Below are positions 11,404 through 23,397 of a stretch of 64,000 nucleotides of DNA, piece by piece. The stretch covers positions 1,047,001-1,111,000 of the forward strand of contig ML992502.1 in the NCBI GenBank assembly GCA_010093995.1, read 5' to 3'. Origin of the DNA: Elsinoe ampelina (lineage: Eukaryota). Position 1 is the stretch's first letter. Each line of letters begins with the position of its first letter. The notes under the pieces were generated by a model, which made no database searches, was not told the origin of the DNA, and was given only the letters and a program-made list of their open reading frames with translations. Position numbers and translations under genes: made by a program.

Positions 11404-14400
11404 TCACACACCTGCAGGCTGGGGAGCAGCAGGCTGTGGAGCAGGTCCTCGGTAGTTGTATGGTGGTGCCTGTCCACCATAGTAAGGATCATAGGTCAGT
11501 AATGCGAATCCAGGATCTTTAGGCGCAAGATCGCTTGGCCAGCAGCGATTGATATTCAAGCCCGCATTAGCCGGTGCCTGGGGATAGCTGGACCAGTAGA
11601 ACTGTGGTCTCTTGGACATGGTCACAGCTACAAAGGTCTGTGTCGTCAAATGTTGCTTGACATCGTCCTTCTGTTGAGCTGTGACTCGCTTATTGGCTGG
11701 TACAGCGTTGACCATCTTCGTGAAGTCGTCATTAGACATGGCGTTGGTATCGAACATTGGGTGGAAGCATTTACCGCGAAGGTAGCTACCCGCACCCTCA
11801 TTCATTCCTCCCTCGATGTATCGGACCAGTTGACCTTTGGAGTTCTTTCCGCTTTGCTCGAGGGCTTCGAATCCTTGATAGAGCAACATTGCGGGTGGCC
11901 ACTCGTCTCTCTGACACCTCAGCGGATGTGGTTTGGGTGTCCAGCCTTGCCCGTTATGCTGCCAGCTCCACGTGGACGTCGCCCCAGCTGGCACTCGGTC
12001 GGCCATGCTGGTGGTGGCTGCGTCGACCGGGCAGTCTAGTGTCTTCCAGTGTGGGTTCACACTAGCCGCCGAGCTGTAGTGCCAGCAAGCCTGGGACCAT
12101 TTCGGCCGGCACGAGTGACCAATTGCTGTAGGTTCGGCATTGGCCGGCCAGCCCAATGATGTAATGATCATGTCTGTAGCGTGTAGTGTCTCGTCTTTGC
12201 AGCTTTGTCTTCGTAGAGTGTGTCCACCACCCATGCGTCGGGTCGACTGACCCGGTCTGACGGTGCATTTTTTCTTGGGTTTCTTCTTATCAGTCCCACC
12301 ATTATTGTTGCCGCTGCCGTTACCACTGCTGTTATCCTTCTCACTGCGCTTCTTGCTACGATCTGTTGGATTGCCACGATCGCCCTTTTTACCACTACCC
12401 TTTTTGATGTTCTGAGGAGGTTTGAAACGAGTAACTCCATCTGCAACACTGCTAAGGATGTCGAAAACTTGGCGCATCTCGGCAGGCACAAGAGACGTGT
12501 CGCCGCATGGGCTCAGCCACCACTCGAATGCGCCTTGGGGATCGTTGTCCCCATCGTAAGCGTAGGCTGCGAGTTGAGCTGCCGTGGTGGCCATCTCTGT
12601 GGCAATGAGTCAGCTCGCGTGTCTCCGATATTTGCACCATCATACCTAAGCCAGCATCGAGTACCTTCCCGGGACCGGGGATAAATTCCAGACCAATGTC
12701 GAGCACCAGTTTGAGAGCTGACATGATGGCGTAACATCCGATCTAGCAGGACTTGTTAGTATACTTCGGCAATGCTCTCACGAACGACATACCTGAGCGA
12801 TGATAGGAATAGCCTCCAGAAATGCAGAAGCCAGCTCGTTGATTAACCAGCTGTCACATATGCACTTGCCGTCAGCCACCCTACCACGAATGGTAGGCTC
12901 GCTGACCCATGGGATTTGATTGCCCGGAGCGTTGGGCCACCATCCAAGACAGCCGTAATTCGTGATTAGATCTTGGGATTTGGCCTCCTCAACGATGTCT
13001 TTGCAAAAGTTGTAGCATTGCAGAGCACCATTCTGTCTGTTCCTCCTGTCTTCGTAGATGATACAACCTTCGTTATTCTTTCGCCTAGCTTCGTATGTGT
13101 CAAAGTAATTGGGCTCCTCGCCGACTTGTAAGGGCAGATCATCCCACTGAGGGACCTCCGGACAGACGTCTGTAGGGCAGTCGTAGTATTTGCAAGCGAA
13201 TTTGCAAAGGCGCTCAATCTCAGGCACATTTCCATCCTCTGCTTGGACATCTACGCCGCTCCGCTCCGGTGGAAGTTCGAGAACTGGTCCAGTCTCGATG
13301 CAAAAGCAAAGGCTTTCTGGACATACCCCGTAAGAGCAGGAAAAGGCGCAAAGATCACCAGTATTCAATGTAGAATCTTCGCCTTGTATGCAACCCTCTG
13401 CTCCTGTGTCGGGCCGCTTAGACGGTCGCGATGAGTCGTCAGGTCCAAATGCTTGTAGATCCACGGCCCAGTCAATGCTCCCACCAAAGTTGAACCCTTT
13501 GAAATATTCACGTCGGGTATCTTTGGTGGTCGGTGTCATGTAACTGACATAGTCGCCTAAACATAGTCATCAGCGAGATTGCCAAGTGTGGTAGCATTCA
13601 GGATTTCCACCCACCTTTGTAGAGCATGATGTCTGAATTGGACGCTGCATCGTGGAAAGTGCTCACGCCTGATTGAGTGCGTGCAAGCTCGGTAATCTCG
13701 GCATATCCGAGATACCCTCCTGTCTTTGTGCACCTTCCTGGCCGCGCATCGGAAATCTCTCGAGATCCAGTGAAGTCGCACATAGGCCCCCAGCAGCCGT
13801 CACGCGCCATGTGGAACGATCTGCCATAACTGGCTTCACCTACAAAAACCTGGTAGTTTGGCACACCAGCCTTTACAACTGCAATGAGCTTAGTATTACG
13901 CATACATTGCGTTGACAGCGGAGGCAACTCACTCATTCCCAAGGCATTCCTTGTTTCTGTAAGATTCACTACACTTTATTAGATTTGAAGAAGTATAAAC
14001 AGGTGTTGGCATACCATGACTGCGAATACATTTACCAGAGGGGCAAGAGTCGAATGCATTAGGGTTGCCGTAATCCCATTGGCCATGTAGGTCGTATGTC
14101 ATATAGACAATGTAATCAACAACGGTACCGATCTGAGCGATGGGAAAGTTTTTGAGATACCAGTATGAAGCGGGTGCTGCAATGGAGGTCGATTTGCCAG
14201 GGGCCATTTGCCGCTTGAGTTCCTGGAGAAACCTGAAGTAGTAAATTCCGTCGAATCTATCGCCAATGGGGACACCATTGGCAAAGATGTCAGTTGCCTA
14301 TCGAAGTGTTAGATGTCTGCACGAGGTTGAAAGGGGCGCTGCTTACGCCGGGATATTCCCAGTCGATATCGATTCCATCGATGCCTTCGTTAGCAGCAAA

Positions 14401-16173
14401 TTGTGCTAGATTCTTCGCAAAAACCAGGTAGTTGTCGATAATGGCCGATCGAATGATCTTGTAGGTAGCTGGCTCGGTCGAATACGCCCAACCTCCGAAG
14501 GATACTATACGCTTCATTTCAGGAAGTCGCTTGAAATCGTTCCATTGATTGTGTGGGTCCTTTATGATCGGCTTCCAGGTATTCGGATCAATGTCTGCAA
14601 AGCCCCAGTGCATGTGTGTATAAGTCCCATCTGTATTGGCATTCTTGGCAGAGAGGTAGAGGCATTCTCGATCGAAGTTCCATGATTCGTAATAACCGAT
14701 ACGTCCAAACGATGGTGGTGGAGGTCCATTGACTTTGAGCTCGACGCCACAATTAGAGACGCAAGTGCTCGCGGCACCGGGTAGCTTCGAGCCAGGTCCG
14801 CCTCCTTCAGGAGCGTTTATATTACAATGAGCAGGGAACACCCCGCAGAAGCCCCAATTACTACAGCAGGCTTTGATGGGGCATTCGTTGAGGTTTGCAA
14901 GGGAGAAAGATCCTCCCGCAGGTCTTGGCGTTCCCGGTACTGTTGGCCCACACTCAGTCCCCTGTTGTGCCGGTGGTAAGGGGACGTAGCCGGATGAGAT
15001 GCACATGCTGTTGCCAACCAGGATGTCCTTACACTCGGTCCATGCCCAAGTACGTCCTTTGTTCCACTGTTCGATACTAGCAACAGTGATTCCGTAAAGT
15101 CGAGCGATGGCGTCACAGGTGTCACCATTCTTGATAATATGCGTTGCACAGACCCCATCAGACCCAGGCACCGGCACAGCTCGCTTCGTAAGAGGACCGA
15201 CTGTTCCGAAAACTGAATCGCCTCCCACTGCAGAGGTTGTTGAATTAGAATGCGTCGTGGTGTTTGAGGACAAGATTGGGAAGAGTTGGACATCAGGAAT
15301 GTCATCTCCGCGACGTAGATCGCCCTGGATGGCGCATGCTCCTTGATGCCAAGTGACCGCAGCTCTCTGGACAGCGGCAAGATCGTCTCCAGTGGTATCA
15401 AGCACGATGCCAAAATGGTTACCGAATGACAGTCCTGATGCACAGTACTCCGCAACAGTGTGATTGGTGACTATGCCCTCGGTCTGGATGCGGTTCCTGA
15501 ATGCGCCAAGTGCTGAGTCCACAGAACTCTTCCCGACGTAGTCGCCAATCGCAAGACCAGCGATAACACCTTTGTTGTAGGCAAAGACGAATCTTTCGTC
15601 ACAGTTGTCTGGCTCCTCGAAAAAGGCCTGTATCCCATCCAAAAGTGGCATGATGGCCTCAACATTGGTAGCGACGTCACCAAATTTGGCATACCTCAGT
15701 GTCGTCTCTTGTGATGTACCCCTGCTCGAACAGGCAGAAGGCAACTGATAGTCTTGAGGGAACAGATCCGCAGCCTTCTTCGGATTGTCGACTGGCACGA
15801 GCATCGTCGGGATTCCGCCAGTAGCGTTCTGCAGGCCTCTAGCAGCATCATCGCTCTGGCCTGTGAGAGAACAAGCTCGAATCAATGCGTTGTTCCCAGC
15901 ATCGCTGATTGGTACTGTTACGGAGAATTGCAACAGCAAGGGTTTTTCGCAGCGGTGTAGCCTATCTACGGACGTGTACGGGATCCAACTGTGTATGTTG
16001 GCGAGATCTGAACATGGCAGAGGACAGGCATGTTGCTCCGGGTTGTAGACATCGGGGTCTGCGAAGGGAACAGTTCCGTTGTCGACTGGCAGTACCACAC
16101 GATTACCATCGAGATCGATAGCGGAATGCACGAGACCTGGTAGTAAGAAGGATGGTATATGAGAGAGCTTCAT
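11404..16173 (-). CDS. Killer-toxin-like subgroup C chitinase (~1487 aa): SP, N-domain, KR site, LysM, CBM18, GH18, Cys-rich region, hydrophobic helices, basic patch, NucA/NucB-like nuclease domain
   Basis: Exons 16173-14347, 14297-14015, 13968-13933, 13878-13615, 13556-12793, 12742-12646, 12596-11404. All introns are GT-AG; total 4464 nt, in frame. LysM GDTCDAIARLYGIT, hevein CCSNWGFCG, GH18 SFGGW and DGIDIDWEYP, YMTYDLHGQW, C-terminal RDEWPPAM...VRYI...NEGAGS. Confidence 0.92.
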
Positions 16174-18930
16174 GGTGCAAAGAATGTACTTTGGACAAGA
16201 AAGGGGGACAGGAGTGACGCGAGCAAGTGACTTTGCCTGGACGACAACTCGTATAAATTATCAAGGGAACTGCACTTTACCACTCCATCTGTACCCCATG
16301 AAGAAATGCAATCATCCAGGAGGTCCCACCAGCACCTGCTCGATTGAACCCTCCTGGGCGGGCAATGGTTCAAACTCGTGTCCACCACTGTTCACAGCTT
16401 CCGACCAGGTACAGCAGAGATTTTCGAAACGAGGGTTCCGCACTGAACTTCGGCCCCTCATGTCGGTGGAGATCTCACCGGAAGACAGTGTATTGATTAA
16501 GGGTGCCGACCTGACTTTTTTCAGGCAGGACCGGTGAAGAAGAGAAGCGATGTAACCGAGCTGAATGTTGACTTGTGTGTGGGGAGGGAAAGAGATTTAT
16601 TACTGCCTGATCCACCAAGGTTAGGTGGATTCTCACTATATAAATACTTAACCTGATAAACTAAGAGATAACTAAATTGACAGAACTCCTAAGTTTTAAC
16701 AGAATAAGACAATAACTGTCTAAATTAATCATGAATTGGTATAACTGTTGATAAGTGCTTAGTTTAGCCTTAGGTGCACTAAATTAGGGTCCTTCTTAGC
16801 ACTATAGCTCTTGCCGAGGTTAACACACCCCTTTACTAAATAGCTATAAGTCTATTATAGCTAGTTAGTGGACTACTAACTCGAGGGATAGCTATTGTAA
16901 GAAGGCCTTATACCTCCCTAGAGGAAGTGACTTAGTAAGTCTATCTACTAGTGTATCTACTAAGAGAGTCTAGTCTATAGAGATAGAGCCTCCTAGAGTG
17001 ATCTCTTGCCTTAGCTAGTAATAGTGGATATCTATATAGCGTAGATGTATGTTAAGCTTCTTAATTAGATTAGTAATAAGGCTAATAGTTTACTAGTTGT
17101 TATACTAAATACTAACATTCCTTAGTGGATAGATAGTAGCTATTAGCCTCCTCTACTATATAGCTTGCTTAGTAGTCTCTACAAGAGTAAGTAGTTTAGC
17201 TTCTATACTAGAAGTAGTAATAGTTAGCTACTTTATAGCCTTCTAATCTATAGAGCCTTAGAATAGCTTAAATAGATACCCCTAAAGGCTCTTTCTTAAA
17301 GGGTAACTTCTAAAGCTAGCATCTAATAAGGCTTAGAAGATTAGTAGTAGTATTAAGCTATTAAAGGTAAGAGCTAGATCTCTAGTCTTATAGAGATACT
17401 AGATTACTCTATTTACTATCCTTTAATAAGTTAGTAAAGGGTTTATTAGATACTCTAACAACCTAGAAGTAGCAAAGGTAACATTAGGCCTAGTAATAAC
17501 AGCTGCAAAATTAATAGATTCTATCTTCTGCTAATATAGATAGATCTCCTATAGTAATACTTAGCCTTTAGAGGGCTAGAGTATTTCAACTAGAAGTAGT
17601 AATAAGACTAGCCTTATTAGTTCTATAATAAACTTGCTATACATCTACTGGATATACTAAGCTTAACTAAGCTATAGCTTCTTAGTTGGCCTATCCCTTA
17701 TAATTTAGATAGCTAGGAACTAGCTTAGATTCCCTAGAACCTTTATCTTATACTTAGCATATAGAGCTATAATAATAGCATTAGCCTTGCCCTTGTGCTT
17801 CTTAAGGTACATAATAGTGATATTATCTACAAAGAAGAAGATTATTACCTTAGGGGTTAGCTAGAGGCATAGAGCCTTAGGGGCCTAAGTAAATCTAAGA
17901 TTCTTTAGTATAGTAGTAAATTCTATATACTAGAGAGCTAGTACTTGTTTAAGGCTATAGAGTGCCTTCTTTAGTAGGAGGATTGTATTAGATAATGCTA
18001 TACTAGGATAGTCCTTTATAAGCACCTCTAGTATAAGCTTAAACCTAGGTAGGATAGTGTAGTAGGTTGTCTTATTAATAGGACTATTAACATAAGCATT
18101 AACAATATCTATCTAGATAGCCTCTATATCCTTGTAAGCAAGGAGGGCTATAAGTATTCTAAAAATCTTAGTAGCTAATATAGCTATATAAGTCTCTAAA
18201 TCTATAGATTAAAGATTACCTCTTATATAAAGCCTTACCTTGTGTTTAATAACTTCTCCTTTGTTATTAGTCTTATATATAAAGACCTAGGTTAGTAGCA
18301 CTAGCTTCTCTATAGCTTAAGATGTAAGTATAATAGTCTAAGTGTCTTTTAAATAGAGAGTAAGTAATTCTACCTTTATTGCTTATTAGAATTACTCCCT
18401 ATAAGGATAAGCTTATAGCTCCCTAATATTAGCTAGTAGTAGAGGTAGATTATCCCTTAGTTCTAGCTTTAGCTAGATTAGCTTTATTAATAGATAAGCA
18501 TTAAAAGCTTAATGATATCTAGGAGCCTCCTAAGGCTATATAAGACTAGTAATATAGGCCTACCTTCTTAGTTTTCTAGTCCTTCTTATAGTAAGGATAT
18601 ACTTAGGCAATAGGTTAGCTAACCTTATAGTAATTCTTCTTCTAGGCTGTTTAGGCTCCTTAGTTACCCCTTTAGCTAGGGCTTCTATCTTACTTCTTAT
18701 AGTTTTAGCTTTAGATAGAGGTAAAGGCTATATAGCTATTAAGGGTAGAGAGGCTAGAGCATTATAGAACTACTCTAGTGATGTAGCCTCCTAGATCTAA
18801 GCTAGGTTTAGCTCTAGGGTCTATAACTGTAATAGTAGACTATAATTATCTAGTAGAGGTAATAGAGCCTATTAAGCCTATAACTGTAATAATAAACTAT
18901 AATTATTTAGTTCCTTAGTTAGAATCTACT

Positions 18931-19013
18931 AAACTAGATTCTAAGCTGAATTCTAAACTAGATTCTAAACTAGATTCTAAACTAGATTCTAAACTGGATT
19001 CTAAACTAGATTC
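18931..19013. repeat. 12-bp tandem repeat (AAACTAGATTCT) x~7 in the Copia IN-RT linker
   Basis: Seen directly; the second Copia copy has ~4 units near 50744-50790. Confidence 0.85.
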
Positions 19014-20279
19014 TGTAGTATAGATAGGCCTTTAGTTACCCCTTTAGTTTAAGGTATATTCTCCTTAACTTCCTATAGTAGTCTTAGTAGATTAAGTAGT
19101 CTAATAGACTAAGGCTAAGGCTACTCCTCTAGCTTGTAGAACTAAGTCTTATTAAATCTAACATCCCTTGTTCTAATAACCTTCTTTAAGGCTAGTATAA
19201 AGATCCTAAATATGTTAGTTAAGTTATATCTAACTAGATAAATAATGTATGCTCTTAGTATAAGCTTATTACTACTTATAACATAATAATCTAGTGTATA
19301 GGCCTTATAACTAATTAGCCTAAGATAGGAGATTAATAGAGGACATCTATAAACTAGCTTAAAGAGAGTCTTCTAGTTAAGCTTCTTAAGTAGAGTTCTA
19401 TTTATTAGATAGGCTACTAATCTATATAGTTTAGAGTATAGTTCCCTTAGAAGATTAGTAAAGATAGCTACTACCCTTACTCTCCTTAATAGTATAGACC
19501 CTATCCTTTTACTATAACTATTCTATGCTAGAGTATATAGAGTAGATAGCTCTCTTTAAATACCTTTACTATCTAGGAAGATAGTAAATCTAAGGCTAAA
19601 AGCCCCTTTATTATTACTCCTAACAAATCTAACCTTAAAGCTAAGATTGCTTTTAATATAAGTAATTATCTTAATATAGATTTTATTAATCTTATATCTA
19701 TAAGCATAACTGCTTACAAGGTAATAGTTAGTAGCTCTATAGGCAAAATAGCTTATATACCTTGCCTTATTATAGCTAGTAAACCTATTAATAATAATGT
19801 TAAAGGTGATCCTTTTAAAGAGCTTAGTTATAATAATCTTAGTGTTAGAGCTCCTTAAGATAAGCTTCTAAGTATTTAATAGCTTATAAGTCTAATATAG
19901 TAACCTAAGGTAGATTAGCTAAACTAAGTTAGGCTTAGTTAAAGTTAGTTTACTACTAACTATAGTAGTTAGGAGGTAATTAATAGACTCTATACTTAGA
20001 TAGCCTATAACTTTATACTAGAATTAATTAGTCCTTGTTATAACTAAGGTAAATACTAATAGATAAGGATCTCTAGTGCCTCCTATAGCTATAGTAATAG
20101 TATAAGGAGCTTTAGAGTTATTCTCTACTATATATTAATTGTGCTTTAGAGTTACTAAGAAGAGTACTTTCCCTTTATAATTAATCTCTATAGTTTAAGT
20201 GTTCTAGTGGACTTTACCCTTTAGGAATCTCCTAAGGCTAACTAGATTAGTTATTATTAATAGTACATAAGCTACCTAT

Positions 20280-20384
20280 NNNNNNNNNNNNNNNNNNNNN
20301 NNNNNNNNNNNNNNNNNNNNNNNNNNNNNNNNNNNNNNNNNNNNNNNNNNNNNNNNNNNNNNNNNNNNNNNNNNNNNNNNNNNN
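20280..20384. other. Assembly gap (105 N) inside the Copia gag-protease region
   Basis: Run of N. Confidence 1.
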
Positions 20385-21741
20385 ATATATCTAGGCTCCC
20401 TAGTAGAACTAGGCTTCTCTTATAAGGAGTCCTTAGTAGCTATAGGGAATGCTATTACTCCCTTACTAGCCTTTGTGCTACTATATAGCTTATAAAGTTT
20501 GTAAAACTGTCTAAACTTAGTAATTAACTTAAGTATTAATAGCAGGGTTAGTAAATCTAGATTAATAAGATATTTATTAGCAAATACTAGTTTAGTCCTT
20601 AAGATAGAGAGTAAGAAGTCTCTCTATAGCCTTAAGCCTTAAGCTTCTAGTAGGTTGTAATTCCTAGCCTTATCTATAACCTCTTCCTATTACTAAAGCT
20701 AATAGTCTATGTTCTGTGATAATAGACTAGAGAGTTGTCTCCTCTAGAGAGCTTTAACTTCTAACTAGATTATAGTATTAGATAGTACAAATCTGTTCTT
20801 TAATGCTCTAAGGATAGCCTATAGATAGAAATCTCCCTCTAGTTAGATAACTATAAGAACTTATAGTGCAATTAATAACTAAATAAGGCTAGCTAGATCT
20901 GCTAAGACCTTATGCTGTTTGTTATGCTAAGCTTGCTCCTCCTTATATATCTAGAAGAGTGCTAAGAAGTTAAAATCTAATATATCTAGCCTCTAAGGCT
21001 TAGGGAGCTCTTCTAGCTTAACTATCTCCTAGGGATTAATAATGTACTAGATCTTAGTGTTTAAAGCTCTAGTCTTAATAATATATAGCTAGCTAGCCTA
21101 TTTAGCTGATGTAGCAAGAATAATAGGTGTTCTAGCTATTAGTGTGTTAGTATCTATAGTTGTTTATCTCTTTGTTAACACCTAAATCCTATAGTAGTAG
21201 ATAAGGTAGTACTTAACAGATTCTAGTGCTTAAAAAGCGAGATGATAGAGAATGAACTAATAAATCAAGTAGAGAAGCTACTAAATAATATACTTATACA
21301 GGGGTAGTTATACCGGGCTTATAACTATTGACTTGTATATAGGGAGGGAAAGAGATTTATTACTACCTAATCCACTAAGGTTAGGTGGATTCTCACTATA
21401 TAAATACTTAACCTAATAAACTAAGAGATAACTAAATTAACAGAACTTCTAAGTTTTAACAGAATAAGACAATAACTGTCTAAATTGATCATGAATTGGT
21501 GTAACCGTTGATAAGTGCTCAGTTCAGCCTTGGGTGCACTGAATCAGGGTCCTTCTTGGCACTACAGCTCTTGCCGAGGTTGACACTGAAGATGGTGGAG
21601 CTAAGGGCGGCGTGGCAAATTCTTGGCTATATAATAAGCGGGCATCAACCGAGGCTAATATTTCACGCCTTCACACTTCTTCCTTCAGCGGGACTCTTCA
21701 TTCTGCCAACCTCCTACACGGCACGAACTCAAACATTCGAG

Positions 21742-22518
21742 ATGCCTGATCTGGAAGACGTTTCTTACTCGCGCGAAGAGACCATTGAAGCCGTCCGGGG
21801 GTTCTACCGGTTCTTGGCTGACATGTATCTCGACCCATCTGCTATTGCAGAACCCCCTCCTGAAGGCTGGCCGGAGATCACTACATGCCCGGAAGGTTTC
21901 GACAAGACTGAGGAAGTCATGGCACTTCTGAAACATCTTCCCTACCTGAAGGGAGAACCGCAAGCTGGCCCGTATACGCTCATGGCGGATTGGCAATGGT
22001 TGCTGTCGACTATCGACGATGCTGCTAGACTCAGAGATATCTCGTGGGGCCCGGAGCTTTACGAAAAGGAAGTCCCGCCCCATTGCATCGGTCTCACCGA
22101 AGCCTACGCCAACATGCATACCTTCCTCCTTGATACAGAGCTCGGCATAATCTACTGGACCTACATGTACAGCGCACCGTTGGATAATGCTACTAAGGAA
22201 CGAATCAGCCATGACCCAGAAGCTTACGCACCGGACGAGGAGGTGGAGTGGAGATCCGAATTTCCCGCTTTCGCCGTGACAGACCTGTTCGAGGCTTTGA
22301 AAGACCATTTCAGGCAGCTCAATTATGTACCCATCACTTCAGAGAAGATCTACGACATTTGGACCAAGTTTCCAAGCAGCCGCGATGGCATGGTGGAGAT
22401 GGTCCAGAGCATCTACCGGGAGCATGGCTGGCCTGATCTGACCACTTACCGGAAAGCAGATTGCATGGCTGCGATCAGCAGGGCAATGCAGGAACGCTAT
22501 CCGATGGATGCCGAGTAA
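21742..22518 (+). CDS. Uncharacterised acidic cytosolic 258-aa fungal protein (candidate immunity protein)
   Basis: MPDLEDVSYSREETIEAVRGFYRFLADMYL...EPPPEGWPEI...LLKHLPYL...FLLDTELGIIYW...YREHGWPD. No signal peptide. TATA-like TATATAA near 21628. The track's longer 21508 start lies inside the LTR. Confidence 0.8.
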   Translation: MPDLEDVSYSREETIEAVRGFYRFLADMYLDPSAIAEPPPEGWPEITTCPEGFDKTEEVMALLKHLPYLKGEPQAGPYTLMADWQWLLSTIDDAARLRDISWGPELYEKEVPPHCIGLTEAYANMHTFLLDTELGIIYWTYMYSAPLDNATKERISHDPEAYAPDEEVEWRSEFPAFAVTDLFEALKDHFRQLNYVPITSEKIYDIWTKFPSSRDGMVEMVQSIYREHGWPDLTTYRKADCMAAISRAMQERYPMDAE

Positions 22519-22785
22519 ATTGCACTATCCAGCTCTTGACATGAAGATCCCCTGCTCTCGAGGCCCTGTGGGGCCAAAAGTATCTAGCAACCGGTGAAGA
22601 GCTGAACAATGGATCATCGCTAGCTCCTTGGCAATCCCCTGTCCTTCTGCCATTTCCATACCCTCTCTTGGATTTATGGCAAGCTCGTACGGGCTGGTTT
22701 TCGAAGCGGACTTCTCTCTTCCTACGCTCACCTCTGCTCTATTGTAGTTTCATTCTACCAACGAGATCTGACTTTCGCAGCCATC

Positions 22786-23397
22786 ATGAAGGGTCGTGCC
22801 GTCTTCGCAATCGCCCTCAGCACGACTATGGCTCAACTTCATGCCACGCTGCTTCCGACAGAGGGGCCATTGATCACCAGAGATCCGTGGCAATGTGTCC
22901 TGGATAACATGACTTCCTACTTCCGACCTCCTCAACCAACAGGCAACCTGGCTACTGCGCTGGTGTCCTATGGAGGAGTACTTCTCGATGAGATCTGTCC
23001 ACCAGAACAGCCTATCTGTCCCTTTCCTGCCCAATCCAGATGGTGCGCCTTCACGGACGTCGCGCCTCGGACACTTCTCGCTGATTGGAGCTCCTACGGC
23101 AGCATGGCGAACGAGTGGATCGCCTCTCGAAGTTCGACGATGATCGAACTTGCGGTACAATGTCCGAACTACTGGTACAAAGCTATGAATCAGGTCCCAT
23201 TGGGCAAGAACCACCTGAACAGTACTATCACCTTTGCAGGCTGCTATGCAGAGGCTCAAACTACCAGCGTGCCGGACTCGCAGAGGCAGGCAGCACCTGC
23301 AACACCGGCATCGGGAATACAATCGGAGGAGCCTAGGGAAACAGGAAGTCTAGCTGTTCGTAGCTATCAAACCGACGGAGTTGTCGCTGGTCTCTGA
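22786..23397 (+). CDS. Secreted Cys-containing protein, GPI-anchor-like if the stop is read through (to 23430)
   Basis: Signal peptide, 6 Cys (DPWQC, CPFP..RWC, QCPNYW, FAGCY) and a Ser/Thr/Pro tail. The stop TGA-CTAG is followed in frame by LAGFMSMVYG*. Confidence 0.75.
   Translation: MKGRAVFAIALSTTMAQLHATLLPTEGPLITRDPWQCVLDNMTSYFRPPQPTGNLATALVSYGGVLLDEICPPEQPICPFPAQSRWCAFTDVAPRTLLADWSSYGSMANEWIASRSSTMIELAVQCPNYWYKAMNQVPLGKNHLNSTITFAGCYAEAQTTSVPDSQRQAAPATPASGIQSEEPRETGSLAVRSYQTDGVVAGL

Larger units (their letters stand above)
16566..21585 (-). mobile_element. RIP-inactivated full-length Ty1/Copia LTR retrotransposon
   Basis: 260-bp LTRs (16566-16825, 21326-21585) with TG..CA outer ends and 5-bp TSD CTGAA (16561-65, 21586-90). 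Minus-strand relics LLKKALYGLKQ, FFFVDD-like and ADGLTK. PPT next to the left LTR and a GTTATAAGCCC PBS-like site next to the right LTR. Confidence 0.95.

Noticed and set aside
12452..14350. Fragmented chitinase ORFs suggesting a pseudogene
   Set aside because: Six canonical introns give one continuous 4464-nt frame with an intact DxDxE motif.
18931..19013. Short tandem repeats (also 5090-5140 and 27791-27835) as a CRISPR-like array
   Set aside because: No spacers, eukaryotic context, no cas genes; these are simple tandem repeats.
21508..21741. N-terminal extension of the 336-aa ORF
   Set aside because: It starts at TTG inside the Copia LTR and crosses a TATA-like box; ATG 21742 is the plausible start.
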